In this document: positions 11,698-24,100 of the stretch, one piece after another
Layout of the letters: the number at the start of each line of letters is the position of its first letter
How positions within the stretch are numbered: position 1 is the stretch's first letter
Source of the DNA: Octopus bimaculoides
Lineage: Eukaryota
DNA: 64,000 bases
Assembly: GCF_001194135.2 (NCBI RefSeq)
Contig: NC_069001.1
Coordinates: 33,862,244-33,926,243 of the forward strand
Direction: 5' to 3'
Program-made: the position numbers and the translations under genes
Notes under the pieces: generated by a model
Databases searched by the model: none
Seen by the model: only the letters and a program-made list of their open reading frames with translations
What the model was told of the DNA's origin: nothing

Positions 11698-12225
11698 CTT
11701 CAAAATGTTGTTGATTGTCCTTTGATGAAGCCTCATGCACAAGCTGATGAATTTTCTCCACATTTCTGGGGGGNNNNNNNNNNNNNNNNNNNNNNNNNNN
11801 NNNNNNNNNNNNNNNNNNNNGGGGGGGGGGGTGACACTTGTGGCAGGTCTTCCAGATTGCTCATCATCTTCCAGGGATGTTCTTCCACTTTTGAAGCACC
11901 CATGCCTCTGGAAACATTGTACATGAACCATTGCCTCATTGCCATAAGCTTGCTGAAGAATACTCGATGTCTCCGTAGCAGACTTCTTAAGTTTAACGTA
12001 AAATTTCATGTTGGCTCTTTGTTCCAACTTCCTGTCCATGACAAAAATCACAGACCACAGCATACCACAAATTTCACAAAACCACAAATTTCACAACTTG
12101 TTAAGTAAACACAACACACTACCTCATGAAGGTCACTGCTAGCCCTCACTGCACACACAACCGCATGCTGACATCTGTTGACATGCTAGAGACCTAATCC
12201 TGGAGCTTTTTGATACCACCTTGAA
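11698..12225 (-). mobile_element. Mariner transposon 5' part (TIR plus transposase N-terminal HTH), degraded
   Basis: EQRANMKFYVKLKKSATETSSILQQAYG...FKSGRTSLEDDEQSGRPATS. TIR-like ttcaaggtggtatcaaaaagctcc on the minus strand at about 12200-12225. Confidence 0.9.
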
Positions 12226-12756
12226 TGCACTTGGATGCAAATATGTATGCATGTTTCCATATATGGCTACATGTTTGTGCATAAATGAACATATTTGTGC
12301 ATGCATGTACATGTGTAGATTTATACATGCATACTCATATTACCCATGTACATATTCCATAACAATATTTAACTATTGAAATGTGAAGAAATCAATTCTC
12401 ATTGATAAGGTTTGCGTGATACTAGAAATAATATCAATCTAGATTAGGTGTTGCATAATGAAGAAAACCAAGTTGATAACCTCAACTGACAGGATTAATT
12501 GAGATTTGTCTAAAATGAATTTGAATTGAGTAGAGATAATTGTTTATAAAATTAATTCAGTGTCAAAAATATCGATTAAAGCACAGCTTCACCATAATCT
12601 TTGAAAATAATCAAATGTATTCTTGTTTTTGTGTTCCCAGTGAGATCTCATATTGTTATAATTAATATATTTCAAATTTCCATATTGATGCTTAAATACC
12701 ACATGCATTGCAGATTTGCATAATAGCATATTCTTAATTTGATTGAAAAGATTTGT

Positions 12757-12790
<34 letters not shown>

Positions 12791-12849
12791 TAATTATAAA
12801 TTTCTCTGATTTTTAGGTGGAGAGCAGGGTTGGTTAATAACATTGACCC

Positions 12850-13152
12850 TGAGTATGAAAGGCAAAGCTAACCTGGGTGGGATTTGAACTCAGAATGTAA
12901 AGGTCTGGAACAAATACTGCAAAGCAGCTTTTCCGATGTTCTAATGATTCCGAAGGCTTCTTGCCGCCGCCGCCGCTCAACTGGTACTTTATCAACCTTG
13001 ACAGGATGAAAGGCAAAGTTGACCTTGACAGAGATTGAACTCAGAGATTGAGTTTACCTTTCATCATTTTGGGATTGATGAACACTGGGGTCGTTGTAAT
13101 CGACTCAGCCCCTCCCCCAAAATTGCTGCACTTGTGGCAAAATTTGAAACCA
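12850..13152. mobile_element. Cluster of SINE family B fragments in both orientations
   Basis: Minus-strand gatgaaaggcaaag..gacc...tttgaactcaga twice, then a plus-strand tail cctttcatc...aaattgctg..cttgtggcaaaatttgaaacc. Confidence 0.7.
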
Positions 13153-13279
13153 CTATTATATACATCTGCCAATATCTAATACTTTTTCCCTGTTTTAATT
13201 TGCATGTTATTTATCATTGTATTTCCCATTTCATGGATGCATCCTTGTTGCTTCTTTATTAGTAACATCAACCATGTAC

Positions 13280-13488
13280 CTGTTGATCTCTTTACTGCAT
13301 CTAAGGCATTTTCTTTGTCATTTAAAGGCATCAGAGATCATTGAATGGGAGAACTGTAAAGCTTCCTTCAGGCTGGCTAATGATTCTCGCTTTAATTTCA
13401 GAATCTTGTGACTCCTTCCTCTGTCTTTTGCTTGGTATATTGGCAGATGAAGTTTTTCTTCTGCATGACATCTTTGCGAGTGGTAAAT
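13280..13488 (-). other. Candidate exon of an unidentified gene
   Basis: Acceptor tttctgcag|AT and donor CAACAG|gtacat. Reads DLPLAKMSCRRKTSSANIPSKRQRKESQDSE...FNDL* and, via a TGATG overlap, MPLNDKENALDAVKRST. No homology recognised. Confidence 0.2.
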
Positions 13489-16400
13489 CTGCAGAAACTG
13501 AGATGTAAGTGATGGAGTATAAACTGATGCTGAGCAAAGATATAGGAGAAAATGACTATCAAATGCCACACGGAAATCTTTTGTACAGCAAATGGCAAAT
13601 ATCTTTAAATGAATCAGCAGAAAGCTTCTTGATGGCTCTTTCAATTGCAGGAAATAGTTGCCACATTTGCCTCAAGTTTCAAACTACCTTAAAAACAGTA
13701 AATAGAAAAACTAGGTCACTTTGGGTAATGTTATCTTAGATAATAGACTGTCTGAAAATAGAAAGAACCTGACTTAAGTGCTTTTGATCTAAGATCTCAG
13801 TAGGGGCTAACCTGGGGCTACACAACAAACTAACAGTTCACAAATTGCTAAGTGAAAGTGGCAATTAATGAGAATAATGCAATTAAGAAGAAGATGGAGG
13901 CAATAAGAAGTTTCTATAAAGATAAGTAAAATAAGGCAGATTAATTTTGAATGAGAGTTGTAGAAAGTGTGTTGAAAACGGAAAGATAAATGGAGTGTGT
14001 AGATAACAGAAAGTTAGAAATAAGAGATGAAGAGAAGCTCTGAATGAAGTAGTATGGTTTGTATTAGAGAGAAAGTAGAGATGAGGAGTATGAAACAGCA
14101 AGCATGAGTTGTTATATAAAGTCTTTGTTAGGAGGGAGAGGGAAAGACCAGAAGGTTATTGTGAGAGATATAAGAAAAACAAAATGTATGAAGGAATAGC
14201 TAGAGATGTTACACTTGATACGAGAGAGAGAGAGAGAGCAAGTGCATGTGTGTGTATGTGAGAGGAAGAGAATGTATGTATATATATATATATATATATA
14301 TATAAGCATGTGCATATTTGCCAAGGAGAGAAGAACAGTCAGAAAATCTCTTAGTGTGTGCGGAAGAGAAAAAGGAAAGTTACTAAGTAAAGAAATTTCA
14401 TTGAAATTCTTTTGATAACTTTATCAGCATACAGATATAATTGAGTTGAGTATATACATATGTATTTGTCTCTTTATCTCAATAATTGCTCTTAGATGTA
14501 AGACAGTGAATATACAGCAACACTAATGGAAGAGCATAGGGTGAAATATCTAATATTTGATTCTCTCCTTTAACGTTTTGAATTTGTGGTGCACTAAAGT
14601 TGACGTTAGACTCTCTTTTTGCTTTCAATAAAATATACATAATGTACTGATTCACTTATCCATGATCTTGTGATTTGACAAAAAGCACAAAATCTTAGTT
14701 GAAAACTATTTCACTTCACTTAGATTTTTATTACCCTTGGGAAAGGCAAGAACATCATAACTTCCTGTTTCTTCACTTTCTTAATCTAGTCCTGTTGTCT
14801 AGACAAAGAATGAGGCATCATTTTAGCAATAGGTGTGACTTATAAGTTCATAAGAACCTGTAGAGACACATCTGTGTTGCAAAAAATAATGAATCTTTAA
14901 TTTTACAAATTGATAGTTATGCAACTTGTATTAAATTACTGTTTTCGTTTTAAGGCTTAAACTATTCTTTTACATGTGGTTTTTTAGAGACTTTGTCAGC
15001 AGGTGGCTTTAAATTTGAATACTGGCAAAAGACAACAATTATTTGTAGAATTACTTCCCCATCTCTCTCTTCTCAAGTTATTTCTATGTCTGTCTGTCTG
15101 TCTGCATGTGTGCTGGCCTCTCTTTCTCTGTCTTCTCACCTACCTCTATGTCTGTCTGCTTTTATGCCTGTGTCTATGCACATATATACATGTGTGTCTG
15201 TCTGTCTGTCTCTCTATATCTAACCATATGTATAGGCCCCCTTATGTCCATCCACCCATACATCTATCCACACCCTCCCATATTTCCGCCCACATTCCCC
15301 TCATGCTTTTTACCTCTCTTACCTACCAAGAACAACTTCTTTCTTTGTCTTCTTTCAATATCTACATCTTTCATCTCTAACCCTCCACCTAATTTGTGTC
15401 AACTGTTTTCTTATAACCTACCTCGTTTTTCTTCTCCTTTTCAAACCTTTCTTTCTTCTCCTCCCATTTTAACCAGAAAACTGTTTCCCATCTGTCACTG
15501 TCTATTTTATGAAATTCTACTTCCTATATTCATTTTTCGTTACTGTCCTCTCTCTGCAATAAGCCTCTCTCTCTCTCTCTCACCTTTCTCATCTCACTCC
15601 ATCTTCTCAATAATAGTTTTAACCACTCATTTACATTACTCAATAGCTTCTCATTCTTTTGCTTTCTGTTTTACTCAATATCTTATTTTACCCTTCTCTC
15701 TTTCTATCAATGGACATTACTCCATTTCTCTCTTTCCCACTTGTTCAGCCTTTCATTCTCTCTCTTTCTCACTATAAAATCCCAAAACCCCGCAATTTTA
15801 ACAATTGTTAGATTACTATTGCTCCATACAGTGCTAAATTAAACCACATTGTATTAGACAGTAGTGAGTTGTCTTACAATGTTACACAAACACTTTCACT
15901 TCCACATCGACATTAGCATTTCTTTTTTTAGCCATTCAATAATATTTTAGAGATAAAAAAGAAAACATCAAAGTATTTTCTCATCTATTATTTCTAATAA
16001 CCCAGAAAAAAAAGGAAAGCAACAAAAACTCTAACAACACAATTAAAATGCTTAAATGTCACAAGACTTAGTCATCTTTAATGTAATAAAATTTAAAAAT
16101 AAAAATAAAAGAAGATCTATTCAACAGTAACTGTAGTCTCAACAACATTGATATGCTTCATTTAACTTGCAACTGACACAAACTACTGTGTATTTTTGAT
16201 GTTAAAGTAATTTGTAATGTTCTCTAAGATTGAGCAAGATACAAGTCTAGATTCAGGCGTTACGGTCAACATTTTCCTGTCAGATTGTAATGCAATGAAA
16301 AATATTGGAAGTTTAGTTTCCATTACTTGATTTATAGTTTAGAGATGGAATATTGATTATAATCTTTCTTTTGATAAAAGAAAGAACAAGTCAATCACTT

Positions 16401-16856
16401 CATGTAAGAGGGAATGATTTCATAATAACAAACAAGTTCATAGATAGATATCAGTGTTGCTAGGTTTAACATTTACTCTTCTCCCCTTATACTGGTTTTC
16501 AGTAAATGGACTGTAGCCATACTGGGATACCACCTTTTAGCGTTTGCACTGTAATATCCACCCCAGTACTTATTTTAGTCTGGTACTCATTTTATCAATC
16601 TTTTTTTACCAAACCACGTACTTGCAGGACATAAATGGATTCAACATTAACACAACACCTGTTGTTTTTTAAATGATATGAACATAAACATAGGCACACA
16701 CATACACACACGCATGCATGCACACACTCGTGTGCAAGCTGGTACCAGCCTTCCCATGTGGTAGTTTTGATAATTGTTGAGATTTCTCTCTACATGAAAC
16801 CATTGAGTGCCTTGTTAACCCACAAAAAACTCTGTGTATGTATGTATGTATGTATG

Positions 16857-16904
<48 letters not shown>

Positions 16905-16911
<7 letters not shown>

Positions 16912-17000
16912 GTATCAAAAAGTTCCCAGACCGGTTCTATAGTGCACCAATAGATAGCAGCACACAATTACATGCACTGTGAGTGCTAGCAGTTACATTC
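16905..17000 (+). mobile_element. Isolated mariner TIR and subterminal sequence, same family as 11698-12225
   Basis: taaggtagtatcaaaaagttccc...gtgctagcagttacattcatgagg aligns with the reverse complement of 12121-12225 and follows a (TA)n run. Confidence 0.65.
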
Positions 17001-17214
17001 ATGAGGCAGTCTAGGATTGAACCCAGACCCACAATGTCACAAAGTGAACTTAATAACATGATTATGCCTGTTTCTTTTTTACTTTTGTTTTCTTCCTTGT
17101 TATGGGTAGAATAGTTTTTTTTTTTTTATAAATTATGGCCTATTTTGGAGCAAATGCTTTTTTTTTTCTCTTTGCATCTTGATGTAATCTAAATGTTAAA
17201 CATTGTGGGGCAAC

Positions 17215-17672
17215 AAGATGAGGCAGTGAGCACTCTAGGCAAAATGTTAAGCAGCGTTTCATCCGACTTTATGTTCCGAGTTCAAATTCCATCAAGTCAA
17301 CTCTGCCTTTCATCTTTTCAGGGTTGATAAAATAAGTACCAGTTGAGCACTGGGGCCAATGTAATTGACTAGCCCCTCACCAAATCTCCTGACTTTAATT
17401 TGAAGTCAATGTGGTGGCAGAAGGAAGAATAAATATGTTATCATAATGCCAGAACTTCACTGCATTCCTATCAATTGAATTTTATTTATTTATTTGTTTA
17501 TTTGTTATATGAGAAATTAACACCAAATATTAAATATTGGTTTCTAATTTTGGCACCAGGCCAGCAAGTTTGAGGGAGGGGTAAGTCAATTACATCAACC
17601 CCCAGTGTTCAACTGGTACTTATTTTATCGACCCCACCCCCAAAAGGATGAAAGTCAAAGTTGACCTTGGTT
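17215..17672. mobile_element. SINE family B pair: + copy 17215-17390, - copy 17545-17672
   Basis: Shared family B motifs in opposite orientation. Confidence 0.7.
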
Positions 17673-20600
17673 GAAATATTGACTATTCTTAATGTTGATG
17701 TTGAGGGTCTTGATTTTTTTTTTCCTGCTAATATTGATGTTTCAAACCTTATGAAGAATATATCAAATTACCTGTTTTACACTTTTTCATTATCTTGGAT
17801 CAAATGTTGTGGCATACATAGTAAAAACCCTGCCGTCTGACTTTATATCCCTCCATAAACTAGGTACCAGTTATATATTGGTTTCTCACATTGGTACAAA
17901 GCCTCAAGTTTGGAAGGGAGGATCTAGCTGATTATATGGCTTTTAGTAGTTGATTGATCATCCTTACTTCTCTATCAGTAATGTATTAGGAAGGCAAGCC
18001 TCAACTATAACTTTCTTTTATAAAACAGGCCCTGCAAGTAAAAAAGTAAAACTTTATCCCCATTTGCAGACTTCTTATAAGATAAAACAGATCAATTCCT
18101 ATTCTCAAGCTTGGCATAGTGGTTAGTAATAAAAACATGTATGAAAATCTTGTTCTTTTGCAAACCAATTTTTGGTTTGGTTTAGTGAGAACCAATTTCT
18201 TTTCTGTTGGTGTTAAGTAATAAATGGTTCAGATTTAGCTTTAGATGTCGACAAAGCAGGTCACTGACATCCAATGTTACAATTTCACTTCTGTAAGAAA
18301 TATCGACTTAGTTTACATTTCTTAAAAGGTCATTTGAATCACAGTTTGGTTGCTGTATGTTCTGAGTGTATTGGTTTTTCACATTTTAAAGGTAACTTTC
18401 TAGAACTTTTCTTTATATCACTCTCAGAGGGTGAATACAAATGTTTTGAACTATTGTGGGATTGGAGATGACTTGAAGAGATAAAAATCTTTGGTATTGA
18501 TTGATAATTTCTGGTATTGATACTTGTGTTATATCAGTTCTCTTTTTATAGTTATGTATTCTGAATCCAGAATATTAACTCTACACTATTCTTTGATAAT
18601 GTTTAAGAATTTGCATATGCAATCTTTAGAATGTATATATTAATGTCTTTGTTCAGATCCATCCCCAGACATAGCTGGTTTTATTAATTCACAAAAAAAA
18701 AAAAGCTGTATAATCTTTCTTTTTTCTTTACTTTATCAATTGATATTACCAAGTATCATATGCTACTAGAATTTATTTTTCCTTATTAAGTTGTTGAGAT
18801 GCTAGTTTATTTGAAGAATTTGAGACATATAGTGCAAACAATAAGATAACAAGCCATTGAAAACTGCTATACTAGATTCTTTAACTTAGTAGAAATAACT
18901 ACTAAATCTTCCTCAAACCATATCCTAAGAAAGAAAAGAACACATTGGATATTTAGTCTGAGAGAAATTTTGACTCAATAAATAATGGTATAGTCACAGT
19001 TCAAATGCTTTTGCTTACAAATCTGAAAAACTTGCAAACTGTGTGATGCAAGTGGAAGTGGCCTGCAGAAGTGACCAGTTTCTGCTTTTGCTCACAATTT
19101 AACCTGTATCATCATCATCATCTTTTAATGTCCTCTTTTCCATGTTTGCATAAGTCTGATGAAATTCCTTGAGTCAGATTTTCTACAGCCAGATCTTCTT
19201 CCTGTCACCTATTCTCACTTGCTTCCAAACAAGACAATATTTTCCCCTAATCCTTTGAACACAAATAACACAATAGTTGAGTATTTTCATGAAAGATTGC
19301 AAATGCAATGTCATTACTTGTATGATGGTGGTGTTCTTTTACAATTAGCATTCAATGTCAAGACTAGGAGACATAAACACACACACATATACACACACTC
19401 CTTATGTTTCCATCAAGTAAATCCAAAATCCAAATGGGATTCTTCGTTCCAAATTTAGTTGACACGGAGCTGTAGTAGAAGACACTCACTGATGGTGCTG
19501 CACACTGAGACTGAACTTGAAAGCTCATGGTTGAAAAGTGAACTTCTTAACAACATAGCCATGCTTGTACTATTTATTATGTTATATATACTTATGTGTG
19601 TAGATACACACACATATACTTGCGTGCGTGTGTGTGCATGCACACACGGGTGTGTATGGGTGTGGGGTGGTGTGGATGTGGGTGGGTGTGGTTGTATGAG
19701 TGTGTGTGTGGGTGTGCATTATAAATAAACGTTATGTCCTTTCAGCACATTAGATCTTTGAAATAGTAACTTTTGATCATCAACTGACCTACATGAGCTG
19801 AAACCGTATAATTCTTTGTGTCTCTGTGTTGATACATGACTCAAGAGTCCATGATCAATACTTCAATAGATTTCCACACAAGGTTTTCATATCAGCCAAG
19901 CTCTGAGATAGACAACTTTATTAATTTAACAGGATCTAGTCATTTCGATTCTAATTAAACAGACGCATTTTTCACATGGAAAATAATATCACTTAATAAA
20001 TATTTCTGTTGAAACAGAAATTAACAATTTATATGGAATTCCTTTTAAAATTTCGGAGATGTTCTAGCGCTGTACTTTTCTTCATAACGTCATCCATTGC
20101 TCCACAGTATTGGTGTCATTGCTGGCCTATTATTGCACTTTCTCTCTACAGAGTTGAAAAGAACTATTCAAATGTATTCAGTCAGCCATACATAACACAC
20201 AATATGGTTCCAATCAATATGGTGTCTTTGATATCAAGCATTACTTACTATTTATTGCAATAGTTTATTTATAGTACACAGCTAGTTTCCACTACAGTGA
20301 CTACTATGCTTCACTTAAAATATATAAATTTACAAGTAGTATATTGGTTGTATTGTTTAAGCTACTAAATTATCTTTTGTAGTTACTATGTGGACATGAT
20401 TTAAGTCATTGCCTGGCTTTCCTTACTGCTTAATTCATATACATTCCTAGAGATGAGCCAATAAGGTTGCCTCTCTGTGGTCACTTAACCTGTTACAAAT
20501 AGCAGCAAGTCTCCTTAAATCAAATTTTACCCACTTAAAAAAATGTAGGGCAAGATTGGATAATGTAGGGCTAGATTAAGTTGAATGGTCAGAAATGGAG

Positions 20601-20808
20601 TGTCTTTTATCATAGATCTGCTTGATCAAGCTGACTTGGGACTAAACGACAACAATGTTCAACATCTGAGCCTTTCTGCTATGAAGCTTTTTAATTTCCC
20701 TTGCTGCCATTTGCTTCATTGTCGACTGGTCGTTGGTGCCCTTTACTCTGCTTCTCTCAGTTCCTGCTTCATGTATCTTCCTCATGGGATTGATGGTTTA
20801 CTTTGTAA

Positions 20809-21215
20809 CAGTGGTTCTCAATCGGGGTCCTTATGACCTTTGGGGGTCAATATAAGATTTTATTGTTTACCCTTTAGCATTTTAACTGGCCATGTCTGGC
20901 CAAAAATATTCTACCTGTTTTATGTTCAAACTGGACAGATCTGGTCTCTCACACTTAGTGTACAACATCATTTGAAAAATAAACAGTTGCATCATTGAAA
21001 TTTCAAATCTATGAGAGAAATACATGATCAATTCAAAATAATATGAATAGACAAGATAGTCTGAATGTTATCAGGTTAACATTTATGTGCAATAAATTGG
21101 TTATATTTCCACAGAGCACAAAATATTTCAACAATTTTTTTACACAATTCCTAATAGTAATTAATTATTGGACAGCTGTGTGAAAAAGTGTCACACCCTA
21201 GCAGTTGAGGGAACC
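20809..21215. mobile_element. hAT-like MITE with a nested piggyBac-like MITE (about 20866-21080)
   Basis: Outer TIR-like ends cagtggttctcaa ... gttgagggaacc. The inner element ccctttagcattt...ggttaa is the same family as 31606 and 60922. Confidence 0.55.
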
Positions 21216-22604
21216 TTAGTATTTTCAAACTTAACCTCATTATTTTATCTTCTTCAGTTTTTCTCTCTTTGAGTATGTTCTACCAACAGCACATAGTTTT
21301 TACACACAGCATTCATTGTCCGTTAACACCATATGTCCATATCAATTCTACCTTCCTTGTAAATTTTGGATCATCCAAATAATAATATTTAGTTACTTTC
21401 TTAACTTTATCCTTAAGCATTCATCTGGTAACGGTCACCTCAAATATTTCTATCTTGTGATTTATCTTCCACAATTAGTGCCAATGTTTCACTACAATGC
21501 AACATCTTATTTCTTGGACATACTTTTATACTGTCTGCCCTTTGCAGGAAGAGAGAGAAACCAATTATTATCAATTATTTTTATATCCTTCTCTTTTTTC
21601 TAAACTTGCATAGATTTGATGTGTCTTGAAATATTTCAACTCTTATTGCAGTCTTTTGTCATTTTGGTAACTTTATACCAGTATTTTACAGCTGGATACC
21701 ATTCTATTATCAACCTCTTTGTAGCTTGGCATTAGAGCAGCTATTTGTGGTGGGATTAAAAAGCCCACTATATCATTATCAGCCCTTATCTGGAGTTACT
21801 ACCATCATAGATCCATGCAGTCAGGCTTGCAGAGTCTGCATCTCTTTCATTTCTTGTTTCTTAAAACAGTTATTCTAATTCCAATTTTTTTCTAGCCTAT
21901 AAAGTTAACTCTATTCCAGTTTTGTAACATTAAGAAAAAAATTGAATTTTTTTGAAGAACATTTACTAAAAGATGTAAATTCACAATCCCTTGCTACCAT
22001 GTAAACATATAGAAATAAAGCTAAAGAAATCTGTATCATTCAAATGTCCATCTAAGAAGTAACTGACATTCTGATAGCTTTAATTTGTTTTACATAAAAC
22101 AACTATATCTTTCATTTTCTTTTTTTTTTCTTTTTTGAAATAATACCCGATGTTTATTATGTAACTGATAGATTTGTTGTCAAACTATAACTTTGTCAGT
22201 CTCCTGTTTTAACCTCTCTGAAGCTCATTTATTTATATCCAAATGTCAACTCATTTGTCAAAGCTAATTTTAAAAGTTGCTTTTATTATATAAGCTGTGT
22301 GTATGTAGTAAATATCTAAGCTGGTTGGTTGCAGAATTGATTGTATTTCTGAAAAAACAACGGTTTTTACTGTATTAACATTGTTACTGAACAGCAAGTA
22401 TTTAATGTCAGTTATATTCAAATTTTGCAATGATACATGGCGACCAAAAACCTTTTACATAGTCTTAATAGAAATCTAAAAATTGCTTTAAAGTGTTGCC
22501 TTCTGAAATATTCAGATATAATAGAATATAGAATTTTCAAAAAATTTAAATCAGATATATCACCTTTCCTATAATATGAGGGAGTGCTGAACAATTCCTG
22601 TCTT

Positions 22605-22790
22605 TAAGGGCATTGCAGAAGGCCTGGTTGGAGGTCCAACTGTCTGAGTTCTTTTGCAGGACTTAGAGAGACTGAAGGATTGCTGCAATAAGTGTGTGAA
22701 TCTGAGAGGTGGATATGCTGAATAAAAACATAATTAACTGATCCTCCTGCATTTTCTTTCACCCAAAGCCAGGAACTTTTTAGCATTCTT
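22605..22790 (+). mobile_element. Mariner 3' end (transposase C-terminus and TIR)
   Basis: Frameshifted translation ...LERLKDCCNKCVNLRGGYAE*. Homologous to the reverse complement of 38405-38640. Confidence 0.75.
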
Positions 22791-22982
22791 GTTTCAAGTG
22801 GGTCCATTTAATTGAACAATGCAATCATTACATCAATTTAAATGCAGTGCTATCTTCAGCTGCGCAAATAAATAAACAGTCATATTGCATCATTACTTGA
22901 TATCCTGTTGTTTATTTTGATTTTATTCACCTTACTTCGAGCTGTATGGATAATACTGGACTGACTTGATGCTTCAACTGAA

Positions 22983-23778
22983 TCTTTATATATATATATA
23001 TATACATATATAAATTCAAATTATGGTAAGAATGGATACATAAGGGTGGAACAATACCGTATATCCAACACAAGATTTAATATATATATGTGTGTGTGTG
23101 TGTGTTCAAATCATAAACTCACTCATTTTTTGTAGAAGAGTTTCCATATATATATCCTTGGGTGGGATTGGTATATTTCTAGTAGAGATTCCCAAATGTT
23201 GTTTCTCCATTTAATCCATGCACAAAACCATATGAAAGAACCTCTCATATGGTTTTGTGGTGCATACATGCATTCTTGTCTATACCACCAGGATGAGATA
23301 ATTAACCACCATCACTGCTGCATCATTTGTTGCATCTAAGAAGATAGATAAACATGAATTTATGATGACATCAAAGTTCAAGGGCAAGTGTATCACCTCA
23401 TTGGTTCCCTGTTACCCACAAACAAACAACCACAGTTCCTCCAAATTTACTTTGATGTAGGACAACAAATCTGAAGGAGATGTCAACATTTCAGATGATG
23501 GGTCGTGTTAGACACAGCACTGAATGCTGCAAAAGAGAGTATATCTAATGACAGCTTCTCTGTGCATTCAAAAATCACATAGCCCCCGCAGGTTAGGGCC
23601 TGAAATACTCCAAATGGATGCATAGCATGTTGCTTAGTTGAATTAGCCTATCATTTACTCCACAAATGTTTTGTTGCCAATGCTACACTTTCCTATATCA
23701 CCTATTTAAACATAACTCTAATATATTATATACAAACTATGGTATTTTAATCCTGAGCAATGCCGGGTGTCTCTGCTA

Positions 23779-23779
<1 letters not shown>
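22983..23779 (+). mobile_element. Internally deleted Helitron
   Basis: The 5' A|TC(TTTATATATA) start is tentative. RepHel fragment ASFVASK...EFM../KVQGQVYHLIGSLLPTNKQPQFLQIYF at about 23315-23460. The 3' GC-rich hairpin cctgagcaatgccggg is followed by CTAG|T at 23776-23780. Confidence 0.75.
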
Positions 23780-23822
<43 letters not shown>

Positions 23823-24100
23823 GAGAATGTATGTCTGTGTGTGTGTGTGTGTGTCTGTGTGAATGCCTAAAACTCTAGAACTACACAACCAATTTCATTC
23901 AAATTTTACACATGCCTTACTTAGGGTCCCGGTTGTGTTTTAGTAAAAAAAAAATTTTAATTTCTTGCATACTTCCAGCCCACAGCAACATCATATCTCC
24001 TCCACTATTTAAGTATTACGTGTCAAAAGTGAAACAAAAACACTCATGCCATTCGAACTGGAATCTCAAAAACATTGTCACCTTATATCTCATTCTCATT
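23780..24100 (+). mobile_element. Probable Helitron-type 5' end
   Basis: (TA)n-aaattgagaatgtatgtctgtgtgtg...aaaactctagaactacacaaccaatttcattcaaattttacac resembles non-autonomous Helitron 5' ends (recalled family pattern). Confidence 0.5.

Noticed and set aside
14735-14857. Exon-like segment with AG/GT on the minus strand
   Set aside because: All three frames contain stops; it could only be non-coding, and there is no evidence of use.
14993-15777. 223-aa and overlapping ORFs
   Set aside because: A degenerate CT-rich low-complexity tract that lacks stop codons for compositional reasons.
17968-18031. 64-nt exon-like segment with strong splice sites (minus strand)
   Set aside because: All frames are closed, and such sites arise often by chance in AT-rich DNA.
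22936-22941. Possible 6-nt microexon (cag|CTCGAA|gtaagg, minus strand)
   Set aside because: No polypyrimidine tract or upstream enhancer motif; likely chance.
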